From an uncultured Ruficoccus sp. (GTDB lineage: Bacteria > Verrucomicrobiota > Verrucomicrobiia > Opitutales > Cerasicoccaceae), in NCBI GenBank assembly GCA_965140785.1, contig OZ223497.1, positions 192,001 to 256,000 on the forward strand: a stretch of DNA of 64,000 bases. Reading direction: 5' to 3'. The first letter of the stretch is position 1. Each line of letters opens with the position of its first letter. Below are positions 1 to 10,392 of the stretch, piece by piece. The notes beneath the pieces are model-generated. The model ran no database searches. It had not been told where the DNA came from and saw only the letters and a program-made list of their open reading frames with translations. A program made the position numbers and the translations under genes.

Positions 1-40
1 GAGAGTGCGCTATGTTGGCCGCGTCGTTCTGTCTGACCGC

Positions 41-1513
41 TTACTCAGAGATCAGATTCGCCGTTATTCTCCCGCTTTCGAAAATGGTGGGCAGTCCGCT
101 GCCGGGGTGGGTGCCGCCGCCGACGAGATAACAGTTGTCCACTTCTTCGAACTTATTCCGGGGGCGGAAATAGAGCATCTGCGGCAGTGAGTGGGCGAGA
201 TTGAAAGTCGCCCCGTCATAGACCCGGAACTGGTCGCGCCAGTCGGCAGGGGTGACGATTTTTTCCGTGGTGATGTGCTTGCGCAGGTCGGTCATCCCGC
301 AGCGGGTTTCCAGCAGTTGGAGCGTCTGTTCGCGTATCCGCTGTTTGGCACTGGCCCAGTCGGTGCCGCTGCGGCAGTTGGGCATCGGCACGAGCACGTA
401 CACCGCGCTGTGTCCGGCGGGGGCCAGCGTGGGATCGGTGATGGAGGCGTTGCGCACGTAGATCGAGAGATCGTCCGGAACTTCGTTGCCGAAGATCTGG
501 CGGACGTTTTTCGCATAGTCCTCGGCGAAGAAAATCGTGTGGTGCGGCAGCTTTTCGTAGAGCTTGTCCACCCCGAGGTAGAGCATGAAGGTCGAGCAGG
601 ACACGCCCATGCCGGCAAGCTTCTGCGGGGTGAATTTCTTGATCACGCCCTCGGGAAAAAGGTGGCTGGCGGCCCAGCCGAAGTCGGCGTTGATGATGAC
701 CTCGTCGTGGCGCTCCAGGCTCCCGTCGGCCAGCCGCACGCCCTTGACCGAGCCCTTGACCACCTCCAGCTGAGCCACGTCGGTCGAGAGGCGGATTTTT
801 GCGCCGAGTTTTTGTGCGGCCCGGGCGATGCCGGCGGAGATCTCGCTCAGCCCACCTTTGACATGATACACACCGAAGGCGTACTCGATGTATGCGAGCA
901 TGGCGAAAAAGCCCGGACACTCCCACGGGGACATGCCGAGATATTTGCTCTGAAAGGAAAAGGCCACCGCGAGCTGATCCTCGCCGAAGTAGCCCTTGAG
1001 CACGTCGAAGACGGACCGCCGCCCGAGGACATCGGGGATCAGGCGCATCGTCCGCTGGTTGATCAGGTCGGTGAAGCGCAGGTAGGGCCGCTGAAGGCAG
1101 GGGGCGATCCGGTCGAAGCGCGCTTTCTCCGCCTTCATAAAGCGATCGACACCGAGCTCGGCACCGGGGTAGCGCGCGGCGATCTGGGCCTTTGCCCGTT
1201 CCAGGTCACGCGTGGCATCGTAGGTAAACCCGTCGGCGAATTGGAGTCGGTACATCGGGTCCAGCTCCATGAACTCGATCCAGTCGGAGCTGTTCTGGCC
1301 CGCCTCGGAGAAAATCTCGTCCAGGAGATACTTCATCATGAGAAAGGTCGGGCCGATGTCGAAGCTGTAGGCATCGAGCATGAACTTGCCGTTGCGTCCA
1401 CCGACCTGCTTGCCGCGCTCGTACACGGTGACGTCCATGCCCCGGCTGGCCAGCAGCAGGGCGGAAATGAGTCCGCCTGGTCCGGCGCCTACGATACCTA
1501 TGCGTTTAGTCAT
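41..1513 (-). CDS. crtN: 4,4'-diapophytoene desaturase (CrtN; phytoene desaturase family)
   Basis: FAD-binding GAGPGG, FDIGPTF motif and C-terminal LVGGGTHPGSGLPTIFESG; sits in a cluster with crtO/crtQ/crtP/aldH. Confidence 0.8.
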   Translation of the reverse strand: MTKRIGIVGAGPGGLISALLLASRGMDVTVYERGKQVGGRNGKFMLDAYSFDIGPTFLMMKYLLDEIFSEAGQNSSDWIEFMELDPMYRLQFADGFTYDATRDLERAKAQIAARYPGAELGVDRFMKAEKARFDRIAPCLQRPYLRFTDLINQRTMRLIPDVLGRRSVFDVLKGYFGEDQLAVAFSFQSKYLGMSPWECPGFFAMLAYIEYAFGVYHVKGGLSEISAGIARAAQKLGAKIRLSTDVAQLEVVKGSVKGVRLADGSLERHDEVIINADFGWAASHLFPEGVIKKFTPQKLAGMGVSCSTFMLYLGVDKLYEKLPHHTIFFAEDYAKNVRQIFGNEVPDDLSIYVRNASITDPTLAPAGHSAVYVLVPMPNCRSGTDWASAKQRIREQTLQLLETRCGMTDLRKHITTEKIVTPADWRDQFRVYDGATFNLAHSLPQMLYFRPRNKFEEVDNCYLVGGGTHPGSGLPTIFESGRITANLISE

Positions 1514-1574
1514 AAATGTTTGTGAAAGTTATAGATAAGGATTTTCAAGTGATAAGCAAAGTCTATCCGGACCC

Positions 1575-2075
1575 TCAGGGTGATGGCGACCCGGAGATGG
1601 CCGGGGCGCGGGGGCGTTCCGGCAGCCGTACGATCCGCAGGCGGGTGTAGCGCAGGTTGACGATGCAGGGCAGGTTGGAGGCCAGGGAGTAGGCGAGGAT
1701 AATCAGCAGGGCGGGCCAGGGCGTCCAGGCGACGAACCCGGCGATAACGGCCATCTGGCACCAGTGCGAGAACTCGCCGCGGCAGGTTTCGCGGCTGTAG
1801 GCGTGCAGGTAGGCCGGGTCCGAAGCGAGCAGCTTTTTTTTCGGAAAACCACCGAACCAGCTGGCCGCATCGGGCAAGAGGTGCTTCCAGGCGCGTACGT
1901 GGAGGCAGCGCTCGTAGCAGGCGGCTTCCCAGGTAGCGGTGGAAAAGAAGCGGCGATGGCGTTCGAAAAACGTGGCCGGCAGCCGCGTCGCCAGCCACGA
2001 CAGGCCCAGATGCGCACAGAGGATGCCCCCGATATTGACCCCGTAAAGCCAGGCTGTGGGCAGTTCAATGAACAT
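1575..2075 (-). CDS. crtO: Glycosyl-4,4'-diaponeurosporenoate acyltransferase (CrtO family)
   Basis: 166-aa membrane protein with WKHLLPD, ETCRGEFSHW and NLPCIVNLRYTRLR motifs typical of CrtO; overlaps the crtQ stop. Confidence 0.8.
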   Translation of the reverse strand: MFIELPTAWLYGVNIGGILCAHLGLSWLATRLPATFFERHRRFFSTATWEAACYERCLHVRAWKHLLPDAASWFGGFPKKKLLASDPAYLHAYSRETCRGEFSHWCQMAVIAGFVAWTPWPALLIILAYSLASNLPCIVNLRYTRLRIVRLPERPRAPAISGSPSP

Positions 2076-3165
2076 GGCGGCCTTTCCAGAGCGTACCGGC
2101 CCGGCGGCCTGGCATCAGTGCCGTGAAAAACAGGGCCTGATAAAACAGCAGCGGGACCGGATAGAACACCGCCGTCCAGATCGAATAGGCCCCAACCAGA
2201 CGGAAGCTCCAGGCACACTGGACGGCATACAGCCCGTAGGCCAGCAGGGCGGTGAGGATGTAGGCCGGGGAGGGATTCACGACGGACAGCAGGAGCAGGG
2301 CCACCATGGCCGTCATCGCCCCGGTGATCCAGGCCGAGCACAGGGCCAGCGGCAGTCCGGCGGTGGCGGACGCCCCGGAGAGAAACCCCTTGGACCATCC
2401 CCGCCACAGAGAGCGCAGGCTCTCCGGGTACATGCGCATGCGGATCGTTTCCCGGCCCAGGTAGCAGACGCGTCCGATGCCTTGCCGGGAAAACGCCTCG
2501 GCCAGGTAAAGGTTTTCCAGTACGTGGTTTTTGACCGTTTCGTGGCCGCCGACCTGATTGTAGTTATCTTTGGATACGAGCAGACACTGGCCGAAAAGCG
2601 CCCCCGCGCCCCCGATGCCAAAGGCCCCCGCGCCGGCCACCATGCACAGGTTGAAAAAAGCGGACAACTGCTCGTGGGTCCGGCTCAGGCTGTGGTAAGG
2701 ACAAACGGAATAGGCGGCTGCCGCGTTGGCGGTGAGCGCGGTGAGTTTGTTCATCGCATCGGGTTCCAGCTCCGTGTCCGCGTCCAGAAACAGCAGCCAG
2801 GGGGCGGCGGCGGCGCGGGCTCCCTGAAAGCAGGCCCACGGCTTGCCGCGCCAGTCCGGGGGAAGGGCTTGGCCACTGAGGACGGTGGCTCCCTTTTCGC
2901 GGGCGATAGCGGCGGTCTTGTCGGTCGAGCCGTCGTCCACGACGATTATTTCCCGCGGGCGGAGGGATTGCGCATGGAGCGAGTCCAGCAACCGCCCGAT
3001 GACGTCCTCCTCGTCGCGAGCGGGAATGATAATGGAAATCCCTGCGTCCGTCGCGCCCGTGTCTGGGCTCACGGCGTCCGCTTCGGGTACCTTTCGCGGT
3101 CGTCCCAGCACCAGCCAGAGACTGGGCCACAGGAGCAGGGCGAGGGCGGGGATCACAAAGAGCAT
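2065..3165 (-). CDS. crtQ: GT2 glycosyltransferase, 4,4'-diaponeurosporenoate glycosyltransferase (CrtQ-like)
   Basis: SIIIPARDE, VVDDGSTD, WRGKPWAC, FLDAD, GQC, RMY..LWRGWSK motifs; C-terminal TM helices; ATG at 3165 preferred. Confidence 0.8.
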   Translation of the reverse strand: MLFVIPALALLLWPSLWLVLGRPRKVPEADAVSPDTGATDAGISIIIPARDEEDVIGRLLDSLHAQSLRPREIIVVDDGSTDKTAAIAREKGATVLSGQALPPDWRGKPWACFQGARAAAAPWLLFLDADTELEPDAMNKLTALTANAAAAYSVCPYHSLSRTHEQLSAFFNLCMVAGAGAFGIGGAGALFGQCLLVSKDNYNQVGGHETVKNHVLENLYLAEAFSRQGIGRVCYLGRETIRMRMYPESLRSLWRGWSKGFLSGASATAGLPLALCSAWITGAMTAMVALLLLSVVNPSPAYILTALLAYGLYAVQCAWSFRLVGAYSIWTAVFYPVPLLFYQALFFTALMPGRRAGTLWKGRHVH

Positions 3166-3171
3166 GGGCAA

Positions 3172-4671
3172 TCAACTCAAGGGGTGCGCGGCGGCGACTC
3201 TGTCCGCGACTTTTTGCCCGCACAGCACGACCATGGGCATCCCGCCGCCGGGGTTGACGCTGCCGCCGGTGAAGTAGAGGTTGCGGTACCGGGAACTGGT
3301 CTTGGGCGCCTTGAAGCCGTGGTTCAGGCGCCAGTCCGTGACCACGCCGTAGATGGAACCGCGGTTGGAGCGGTAGCGGCGCTCGATGTCCACCGGCGTC
3401 ATAAAGTCCTCCGTGATGATGTGCTGGCGCAGGTCTTTGAGGCCGCAGCGCTCCATCTTGTCGAGCATGCGCTCGCGCAGGGCCAGATAGTCCGCGTGGG
3501 TGATACCCGAGTCCGGGTCCAGCGGGGGGATGTGCGGAAGGATTTTTATGTTGTCGCACCCGGCGGGGGCTTTGGAAGGATCGGTGCGGGTGGGGGCGAC
3601 GACGTAGAGCGTGGGATCTTCGGGCAGCTGGTGCTTTTGAAAAACGCTCTGGAAGTGCTTGTGCTGGTTTTCCGAGTAGAAGAAATTGTGATGGGCCAGC
3701 TCGGGATAAATCTTGTCCGTGCCGATGTGCAGGACGAGGCCCGAGCAGGCGGGCTGGAACTTTTTCAGCTTGCGCATAAAGCGTGGCGCCTCGCCCAGCA
3801 GGTGCTCGTAGCAGGGGATGACCTCCATGTTGCTGACCACGATGTCGAAGGCGCGCCGCTCGCCTCCGGTCAGTTCCAGCGAGGTGACGGTTTTGCCGGT
3901 TTTATGCAGGCGACTGATCTCGGCGTTGAGGTGCACGGGGATGTCCAGCTCCTGCAGCAGCCGTTCGAGGCCGCGGGCCAGCTCGTACATGCCGCCGCGC
4001 ACATACCACAGGCCGTAGTCGAACTGGATGATCGGCATGAGGTTCATATAGCCGGGGGCGTCCAGGGCCGAGGAGCCGACATACTTGATAAAATACTCGA
4101 AAATGCTGCGCAGCTTCGGATGGGTGAAGAAGCGGGCGATGGAGTCGCTCATGCGGCGGCGGTAGTCGATCTTTGACCCGATCTTGAAGAGGCCGTAGAA
4201 GCGGATGAACTCCCACAGGTTGTCCAGACCCTTGTCGAAGTACCCGGCCTCGGTGATGGCGTATTGCTCCCGGCCGTAGTCGAGGAAGCGTTGCAGCTCC
4301 TGCCAGTGTTGGTCCGGCTCGCCATCGAGTTTTTCCAGCTCCTGGCGCATCCGGCTCTGCTCCTGATAGAGATCCAGCACGGTGCCGTCCTCGAAAAAGT
4401 TTCGCCACTGCGGCTCGACGGGCTCCAGTTGGACATAGTCGCGCATCTGTCGACCGGCGCGGGCGAAGAGTGACTCGAAGTACTGCGGCAGCGTGAAGAT
4501 GGACGGCCCGAGGTCGAAGGTGAAGCCGTCTTTCTCCAACAGGTTGAGTTTTCCTCCGATGTGGTCATTCTTCTCGAAGATTTCCACCTCGTAACCTTTT
4601 GACTTGAGAGCGATCGCGGCAGATAATCCACCAAGTCCGGCTCCAATGACTGCAATTCTCTGTGGCTTCAT
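3172..4671 (-). CDS. crtP: Diapolycopene/diaponeurosporene oxygenase (CrtP/CrtNb; phytoene desaturase family)
   Basis: GAGLGG FAD motif, GGKLN..FTFDLGPS, KYVGSS, GGSVNPGGGMPMV; ATG at 4671. Confidence 0.75.
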   Translation of the reverse strand: MKPQRIAVIGAGLGGLSAAIALKSKGYEVEIFEKNDHIGGKLNLLEKDGFTFDLGPSIFTLPQYFESLFARAGRQMRDYVQLEPVEPQWRNFFEDGTVLDLYQEQSRMRQELEKLDGEPDQHWQELQRFLDYGREQYAITEAGYFDKGLDNLWEFIRFYGLFKIGSKIDYRRRMSDSIARFFTHPKLRSIFEYFIKYVGSSALDAPGYMNLMPIIQFDYGLWYVRGGMYELARGLERLLQELDIPVHLNAEISRLHKTGKTVTSLELTGGERRAFDIVVSNMEVIPCYEHLLGEAPRFMRKLKKFQPACSGLVLHIGTDKIYPELAHHNFFYSENQHKHFQSVFQKHQLPEDPTLYVVAPTRTDPSKAPAGCDNIKILPHIPPLDPDSGITHADYLALRERMLDKMERCGLKDLRQHIITEDFMTPVDIERRYRSNRGSIYGVVTDWRLNHGFKAPKTSSRYRNLYFTGGSVNPGGGMPMVVLCGQKVADRVAAAHPLS

Positions 4672-4725
4672 GAAATAGGCGATTGTCAAGCGACCGGACA
4701 ATAGCCCGAAAATGACAAAAATCCA

Positions 4726-6105
4726 ATGCCCGGAACAGTTTGTAGTAAAATAACTCAGGAGGCAGCTCGACGGCTGGAGAGCCAGCGTGCATTTTTCCAG
4801 GCGGGCCGTACCCGGGATCTTGCGTGGCGCTGCGCGAGCCTGAAGCGGCTGGAGGAGGCGCTGGCGCGACGCACGGATGACGCTCTGGCCGCACTCGCCC
4901 AGGATCTGGGTAAACCGGCGACGGAGGCTTACCTGTCGGAGATTTATTTTCTACAGCAGGAGATTCAGCGAACCCGCAAGCGTCTCAAGCGCTGGCTGAA
5001 GCCCCGGCGCAAGCCTAACCCGCTGTATTTTTTTCCCATGACAAGCCGGGTGCAACTGGAGCCCTACGGCTGCGTGCTGGTCATGGCCGCCTGGAACTAT
5101 CCGCTCCAGCTCGCACTGGCGCCGGTCATTTCCGCCGTGGCGGCCGGAAACACTGTCATCCTCAAGCCCTCCGAGTCGGCCAGCGCCACTGAGCGCCTGC
5201 TGGTCGAGCTGGTGACCGACTGCTTTGAGCCGGAACATGTGTCGGTGGTGACCGGGGGTGCCGAGGTGGCGGAGGCATTGACCGGGCTGAATTTCGATTT
5301 CATTTTTTTCACCGGCAGCGAACGGGTGGGCAAGCTCGTCGCCAGCCGTGCTGCCGCCCGCATGATCCCGTGCGTGATGGAGTTGGGGGGTAAGTGTCCG
5401 TGCGTCGTTGACGAGACCGCCACCCCGGCTGTGGCGGCGCGGCGCATCCTCACCGGTAAGCTCTTCAACGCCGGGCAGACCTGCTTTGCGCCGGACTTCG
5501 TCGTCGCGCATGAGTCCTGTTATGAGGAACTCGTCCGTGAGATGCAGCGCCTCCTGAGCGAGGGACGCTGGGAGCATGAGCTTGCGCGGCTGGTGAACCG
5601 GGAGCACTACGAGCGGGTCAAGAGTCTCGCCGGGTCTGAGGCCCTCGTCTATGGCCGGGACGAGCCGGAGGCGCTGCGGCTGGCTCCGCGTCTGATTCTG
5701 CGCCCGGCGTGGTCGCACGCGTGCATGCGGGAGGAGATTTTCGGCCCCGTGCTTCCGGTGCTGGCTTATGCGGATACGGGTGAACTGATCCGGCAGCTCC
5801 GGCAACTTTCTGCGCCCCTGGCGCTCTACTGTTTTTCGCGCCGGAAAGATTTTATTTCGATGCTGACGCGCTCGCTGCGCTCCGGCAGCGTGTGTCTCAA
5901 CGACACGATGAAACAGGCGGCAAACCTGGATCTGCCCTTTGGCGGGGTGGGGGCCAGCGGCTACGGGCGCTACCGCGGCGAGGCGGGGGTAGAGGCTTTC
6001 AGCTACCGGCGCAGCATCGCCCGGCGCTATTTTCTACCGGACCCGTTCGGGCTCATGCCCCCTTACGGAGATAAAATCCGTTTACTGCGGCGCTGGCTGA
6101 AGTGA
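4726..6105 (+). CDS. aldH: Aldehyde dehydrogenase (AldH/CrtNc-like, C30 carotenoid aldehyde oxidation)
   Basis: WNYP, FFTGS, ELGGKCP, NAGQTC (catalytic Cys), EEIFGP, PFGGVG.SG; divergent from crtP. Confidence 0.8.
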   Translation: MPGTVCSKITQEAARRLESQRAFFQAGRTRDLAWRCASLKRLEEALARRTDDALAALAQDLGKPATEAYLSEIYFLQQEIQRTRKRLKRWLKPRRKPNPLYFFPMTSRVQLEPYGCVLVMAAWNYPLQLALAPVISAVAAGNTVILKPSESASATERLLVELVTDCFEPEHVSVVTGGAEVAEALTGLNFDFIFFTGSERVGKLVASRAAARMIPCVMELGGKCPCVVDETATPAVAARRILTGKLFNAGQTCFAPDFVVAHESCYEELVREMQRLLSEGRWEHELARLVNREHYERVKSLAGSEALVYGRDEPEALRLAPRLILRPAWSHACMREEIFGPVLPVLAYADTGELIRQLRQLSAPLALYCFSRRKDFISMLTRSLRSGSVCLNDTMKQAANLDLPFGGVGASGYGRYRGEAGVEAFSYRRSIARRYFLPDPFGLMPPYGDKIRLLRRWLK

Positions 6106-6112
6106 GGTGCGC

Positions 6113-6748
6113 CTACTTGGTCAGCTTGCCGTATTCGGAGTCCGGGGCGAGGCGGTGGCAGTCGGCCTTCAACTGCTCGGCTCCGGGCATGTCCGCGTCT
6201 TCATAGCTAAGGTAGGCGTAGTAGAGGATCGCCTGCCGTTCGCTGAGGGTCAGGTCGCTCTTGCCGTCACGGGCGATCGGCACCAACTGCTGAAAGTCGG
6301 CCAGGGCGACAGGCCGCTTGTCGAAGCGCTCGGGAAGCTTGTACAAGCTGATGGCCCGGATCATCCGGACGCGGGGATTATCGGGCGCTTCCGCGACCGC
6401 TTCGTTCATGAGCTGATCGGCCCGCTCCAAATATTCGAGCTTGGTCATGCCCCAGAAACTCTCCTTGGCCCGCAGGGCACACGTACTGCCCAGATAGACT
6501 TTGGCCAGCGAATCTTCCGGGTGGAGCCGGAGTTGCTCCTCGAATTTCTCAATGCACACATCAATCTCGTCCACATCGCCCTGAAGAGCCGCTTCATGCC
6601 AGGCGCGATACTGGTTGAGCGGCTCCGAAGCGTCGGCGGGCGTAGCTATTGTGTTTATTTGGACTCCCAGCAAAAGCACTAAAGCCGCAAGGAGTCTGCG
6701 AGTCGGGTGTAATGATGCGCTTCTTTGTGATGTTGAAAATGCAATCAT
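6113..6748 (-). CDS. Secreted alpha-helical (TPR-like) hypothetical protein
   Basis: Hydrophobic signal-like N-terminus; helical pattern (AKVYLGS, APDNPRVRMIRA). Confidence 0.6.
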   Translation of the reverse strand: MIAFSTSQRSASLHPTRRLLAALVLLLGVQINTIATPADASEPLNQYRAWHEAALQGDVDEIDVCIEKFEEQLRLHPEDSLAKVYLGSTCALRAKESFWGMTKLEYLERADQLMNEAVAEAPDNPRVRMIRAISLYKLPERFDKRPVALADFQQLVPIARDGKSDLTLSERQAILYYAYLSYEDADMPGAEQLKADCHRLAPDSEYGKLTK

Positions 6749-7133
6749 AGGCTTATGGGCGCAGTGTAAATCGTTACCATTTGGGTAACATTATCGATTT
6801 CATGGCGGAGTCAAGGGACAGGGGGGAAGTATTGATGTACTCAAGGTCCAACCATTTCTCGGACGGCGAAAAGCGCTTTAGCAGAGTGGCCTGATACAAG
6901 GGTGGTTTCTGCATTGGATTGTCGTAAAACTCATGCAGCCCGGTTGATGACTTTCCGGTACTTCTCTACCGAAAAGCCCGTCATCTAGGCATAAAAAAGC
7001 CTTCTCTATCAGGAGAGCTGGCAAGTATTGATGGAGCCGATCAGGATCAATCGTGGCGCTTGAGGCTGTGCGGGAGTTGTTGGAGAAGGTCGAATCGCTT
7101 TTACTTTTGCCGATGCATCTTTAGTCTGCGGTG

Positions 7134-7973
7134 ATGTTAAGACTGGGAGAATTTCATAAACTGATCATTGATAGGGATGTCGGACCTGGGCTGTTCCTGA
7201 GAAATGACGACGGCGACGAGGTCCTGTTACCCGGTAAGGACATGCCCAAGAGCTTTCAGCTCGGTGAGGTTATCGAGGTCTTTGTGTACCTGGACCATAA
7301 GGAACGTCCGGTGGCAACCACGCGTAAGCCGCTGATTGAGAAGGGTCGCTTCGCATACCTGGAATGCACATCGGCGACCGGGATCGGAGCTTTTGTTGAT
7401 TGGGGGCTGGATAAGGAGCTGTTGGTACCGTTTGCCAATCAGGACTCGGCTATGCGCAAAGGCCACTCATACATCGTCTACATGGGGCTGGATGAAATTA
7501 CCGGCCGCCTGGTCGGGTATACGAAGCTGAACCGCTTCCTCAAGTGCGAGAAGCCCGACATCAAGCGCTTTGAGCAGGTTGATCTGCTCGTCTCCCACTT
7601 TACAGACATCGGCGCCAACGTGATCGTTAACGACCGACACCGCGGGATGATTTTCAATGACTCGATTTTTGAGAAAATCCATGTCGGAAGCCGGATGAAC
7701 GGCTATGTGAAAAATGTGCGTCCAGACGGTAAGCTCGACATCGTGCTCCAGCCGGAGGGGGAGCGCGGGGTGGCCGACTCGACGGCGTTGGTCTACGCGG
7801 CGATTGAGAAAAACGGCGGTGTCCTTCCGCTCCACGATAAAAGCTCGGCCGAGGACATTTACGCCGCGCTAGGAATCAGTAAGAAGGTGTTCAAGCGCGC
7901 CGTCGGCGCTCTCTACAAGGAGCGCCGCATCGAGCTGAATAAAGACAGCATTTCGGTCCCGAGAGTTGACTGA
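7134..7973 (+). CDS. cvfB: S1-domain RNA-binding protein, CvfB family
   Basis: VLLP, VFVYLD..RPVATT, GAFVDWGLDKELLVP, C-terminal winged helix SKKVFKRAVGALYK. Confidence 0.85.
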   Translation: MLRLGEFHKLIIDRDVGPGLFLRNDDGDEVLLPGKDMPKSFQLGEVIEVFVYLDHKERPVATTRKPLIEKGRFAYLECTSATGIGAFVDWGLDKELLVPFANQDSAMRKGHSYIVYMGLDEITGRLVGYTKLNRFLKCEKPDIKRFEQVDLLVSHFTDIGANVIVNDRHRGMIFNDSIFEKIHVGSRMNGYVKNVRPDGKLDIVLQPEGERGVADSTALVYAAIEKNGGVLPLHDKSSAEDIYAALGISKKVFKRAVGALYKERRIELNKDSISVPRVD

Positions 7974-8439
7974 ACTCTGCCCGGCGGTGGGCGGGGGAGG
8001 TTGACGTGCCCTTGCCAATTGCCGGGAAATGCATTCCTTTGCACGCTTAGTTCATGATGGGAAAGCTTTTGCCGAAACGCCTCGGGCCAATCGCTTTGGA
8101 GTTCAGCCCGGCAAGTCCCGGGAAATTCTAAGCAACAAGAGCTCCAAGGCGGCTCCGCCGTCTCGGCTCCCGGTACCGGTTCAGACGCAGGAAACCACCT
8201 CACCGCCTCAGTCGGAAATCGTTGCCGCCGTCGTCCCTCACTGCCCGTAGTCAGAGCCTGCCTTGCGCAGGCTCTTTGTGTATCCGTATATGAATACGCG
8301 GAAGGAGTGTCCTGTGGCATTTGCATGTATGCCAGTAGGCAATGGAGGGGTAGCGGCCTTGCTGGCCGCGTACCCGCGTGTACTCGTCGATGAGATTAAA
8401 CACGTGCAGCTTGCCACCACCTTCGCGGCGGCGCGGCGC

Positions 8440-8609
8440 TGGCGATCCGCGCTCAGACCGCCATACTGCTTCTTCCAGCGGTGGTACGTCGGCGAACTGA
8501 CGCCGTACTCGAGGCAGATGTCATCTACACGCATGCCTTCGCTCGCGCGAAGAATGCGAATGATCTCTTCGGTCTTCGTTCGTCCTTTTTTATCTGATTT
8601 TGCGGTCAT
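8440..8609 (-). mobile_element. IS3-family OrfA N-terminal HTH fragment
   Basis: EEIIRILR..VDDICLEYGVSSPTYHRWKKQYGGL, then similarity is lost; no OrfB. Confidence 0.6.
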
Positions 8610-8701
8610 TTCTGATCGAAAAATCTATCAACAGCAATGGGCCAGTGTTAGGGGGGGGGCTGCCAGGTTCTCTTTTTCGATGAGGTGGTTTAAAGAGCAC
8701 G

Positions 8702-8790
8702 TACGGGCAGATGTAGCTGCGCGAGGTAAAACGCCTGAAGGAGCTTGAACGCGAGAACTCCGAGCTGAAGAAGCTGCTGGCCGACCGCAT
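8702..8790 (+). mobile_element. IS3-family OrfA C-terminal coiled-coil remnant
   Basis: Reads YGQM*LREVKRLKELERENSELKKLLADR, with an internal TAG. Confidence 0.6.
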
Positions 8791-8860
8791 GGACAACGGA
8801 GTGAGCGTTTGGGATGATTTACTCTTGGCTAAACAGACCGCTGGAGTTTTAATCGGTGGA

Positions 8861-10392
8861 ATGAAAACCATCTTTGTGCTGTTTGATTCCCTTAATCGGC
8901 ATACGCTGCCTCCGTATGGAAGCACGGTTATCGCCCCCAACTTCGAGCGGCTTGCGCAGCGCACGGTCACGTTTGATAACGCTTATGTGTGCAGCATGCC
9001 CTGCATGCCGGCCCGGCGGGATATGCACACCGGGCGTCCGAATTTCCTGCATCGCTCCTGGGGGCCGTTGGAGCCGTTCGATGACTCCATGCCGGCGATG
9101 CTCAAGGAAGCCGGCGTCTACACGCACCTGATCAGCGATCACTTCCACTACTGGGAGGAGGGAGGTGCTAATTATCATACGAAGTATAACTCCTGGGAGT
9201 GCATCCGCGGACAACAGGGCGATCCCTGGATCGCCCAGGTTCGCGACCCCGAGCCTATTGACGGCCCGGCCCTGCGTGAGGAGGCCTTAACTCTGCCAGG
9301 GGGCTCGGTGCGCCAGGATACCGTCAACCGCCAGGTCATGCGCGAGCCCGAGCAGTGGCCCATGTCTCAAGTGTTTTCACAGGCCGAAAAATTCCTCGAA
9401 CGCAATCACGGCGAAGACAACTGGTTCTTGCAGATCGAGGCTTTCGATCCGCACGAGCCGTTTTTCGTCCCCGCCGCTACCGGGAACTTTATCCCGAACA
9501 TTTCAACCAATACAACGGCCGTGATCTGGACTGGCCACCCTATCGCCGGGTCGAGGATTCCCCGGAGGAAGTCGAACACATCCGCCATACCTACGCCGCG
9601 CTGGTGTCGATGTGCGATGAAAAGCTGGGCAATCTGCTGGACAGGATGGACCGCTACCAGATGTGGGACGATACCCAACTGATCGTGGCCACGGATCACG
9701 GTTTTCTTCTGGGGGAGCATGATTGCTGGGCCAAGAATTGGATGCCATTTTATAACGAGATTGCCCACACGCCGTTTTTCATATGGGACCCGCGCAGTCG
9801 CATCCATAATGAACGCCGTGAAGCGCTGGTGCAACCGGCCATCGATATTGCGCCGACGGTTTTAAAGTCTTTCGGCCTCGATCCGACCGAGCGTATGACC
9901 GGCTGTGATCTGGCCGACACGGTCGCCGATGACACGCCGGTGCGCGAGACCGCGGTCTTTGGCCTGTTCGGCGCTCACGTCAATATCACGGATGGGCGCT
10001 ACGTGTACATGCGCGGCAACCCCGGCGGCCAGTCCAACCAGCCGCTTTTCGACTACACGCTCATGCCTGCTCATATGCGGACGCCGTTCCCTCACTGGAA
10101 ATTTGAGGCGCCGCTGGAGTCGGCCACCTTCGACTTTACCCAGGGTTGCCACGTCATGAAGCTGCGCACGCCGATGAGTGCGGACAAACGATTCGAGACA
10201 CAGCTTTACGACCTGAAAATCGATCCCGTGCAAGGGCAGCCGATCCGCAACGAAGCCGTTGAATCCCGTCTGCAGGCTGCGCTCAGCGAACATCTCGAGG
10301 AACTGGACGCGCCCGCCGAGCAGTGGGAGCGACTCGGTTTATCCCATTCCGTTCAGGCAGGCAGCACTTCAATGCCGAAGATCAACGCTTGA
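8861..10392 (+). pseudogene. Formylglycine-dependent (S1) sulfatase, split by one frameshift (possibly a sequencing error)
   Basis: MKTIFVLFDSL, CMPARR signature, FDPHEPF, TDHGFLLGEH; one extra C in the C4 run at 9469-9472 restores a single frame. Confidence 0.8.

Noticed and set aside
191..4176. Plus-strand ORFs of 444 aa and 706 aa over the crt genes
   Set aside because: Antisense to well-supported genes; no domain signatures
4683..4718. TTGTCA/GGACAA/TGACAA in the crtP-aldH promoter as a CarH/LitR light-responsive operator
   Set aside because: Spacing does not fit 11-bp tandem repeats and no such regulator is in the window
7974..8430. Small ORFs downstream of cvfB
   Set aside because: No recognisable motifs or supporting context
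8238..8609. 123-aa ORF as an intact transposase
   Set aside because: Only the first ~55 aa resemble IS3 OrfA; no OrfB, DDE domain or terminal repeats were found
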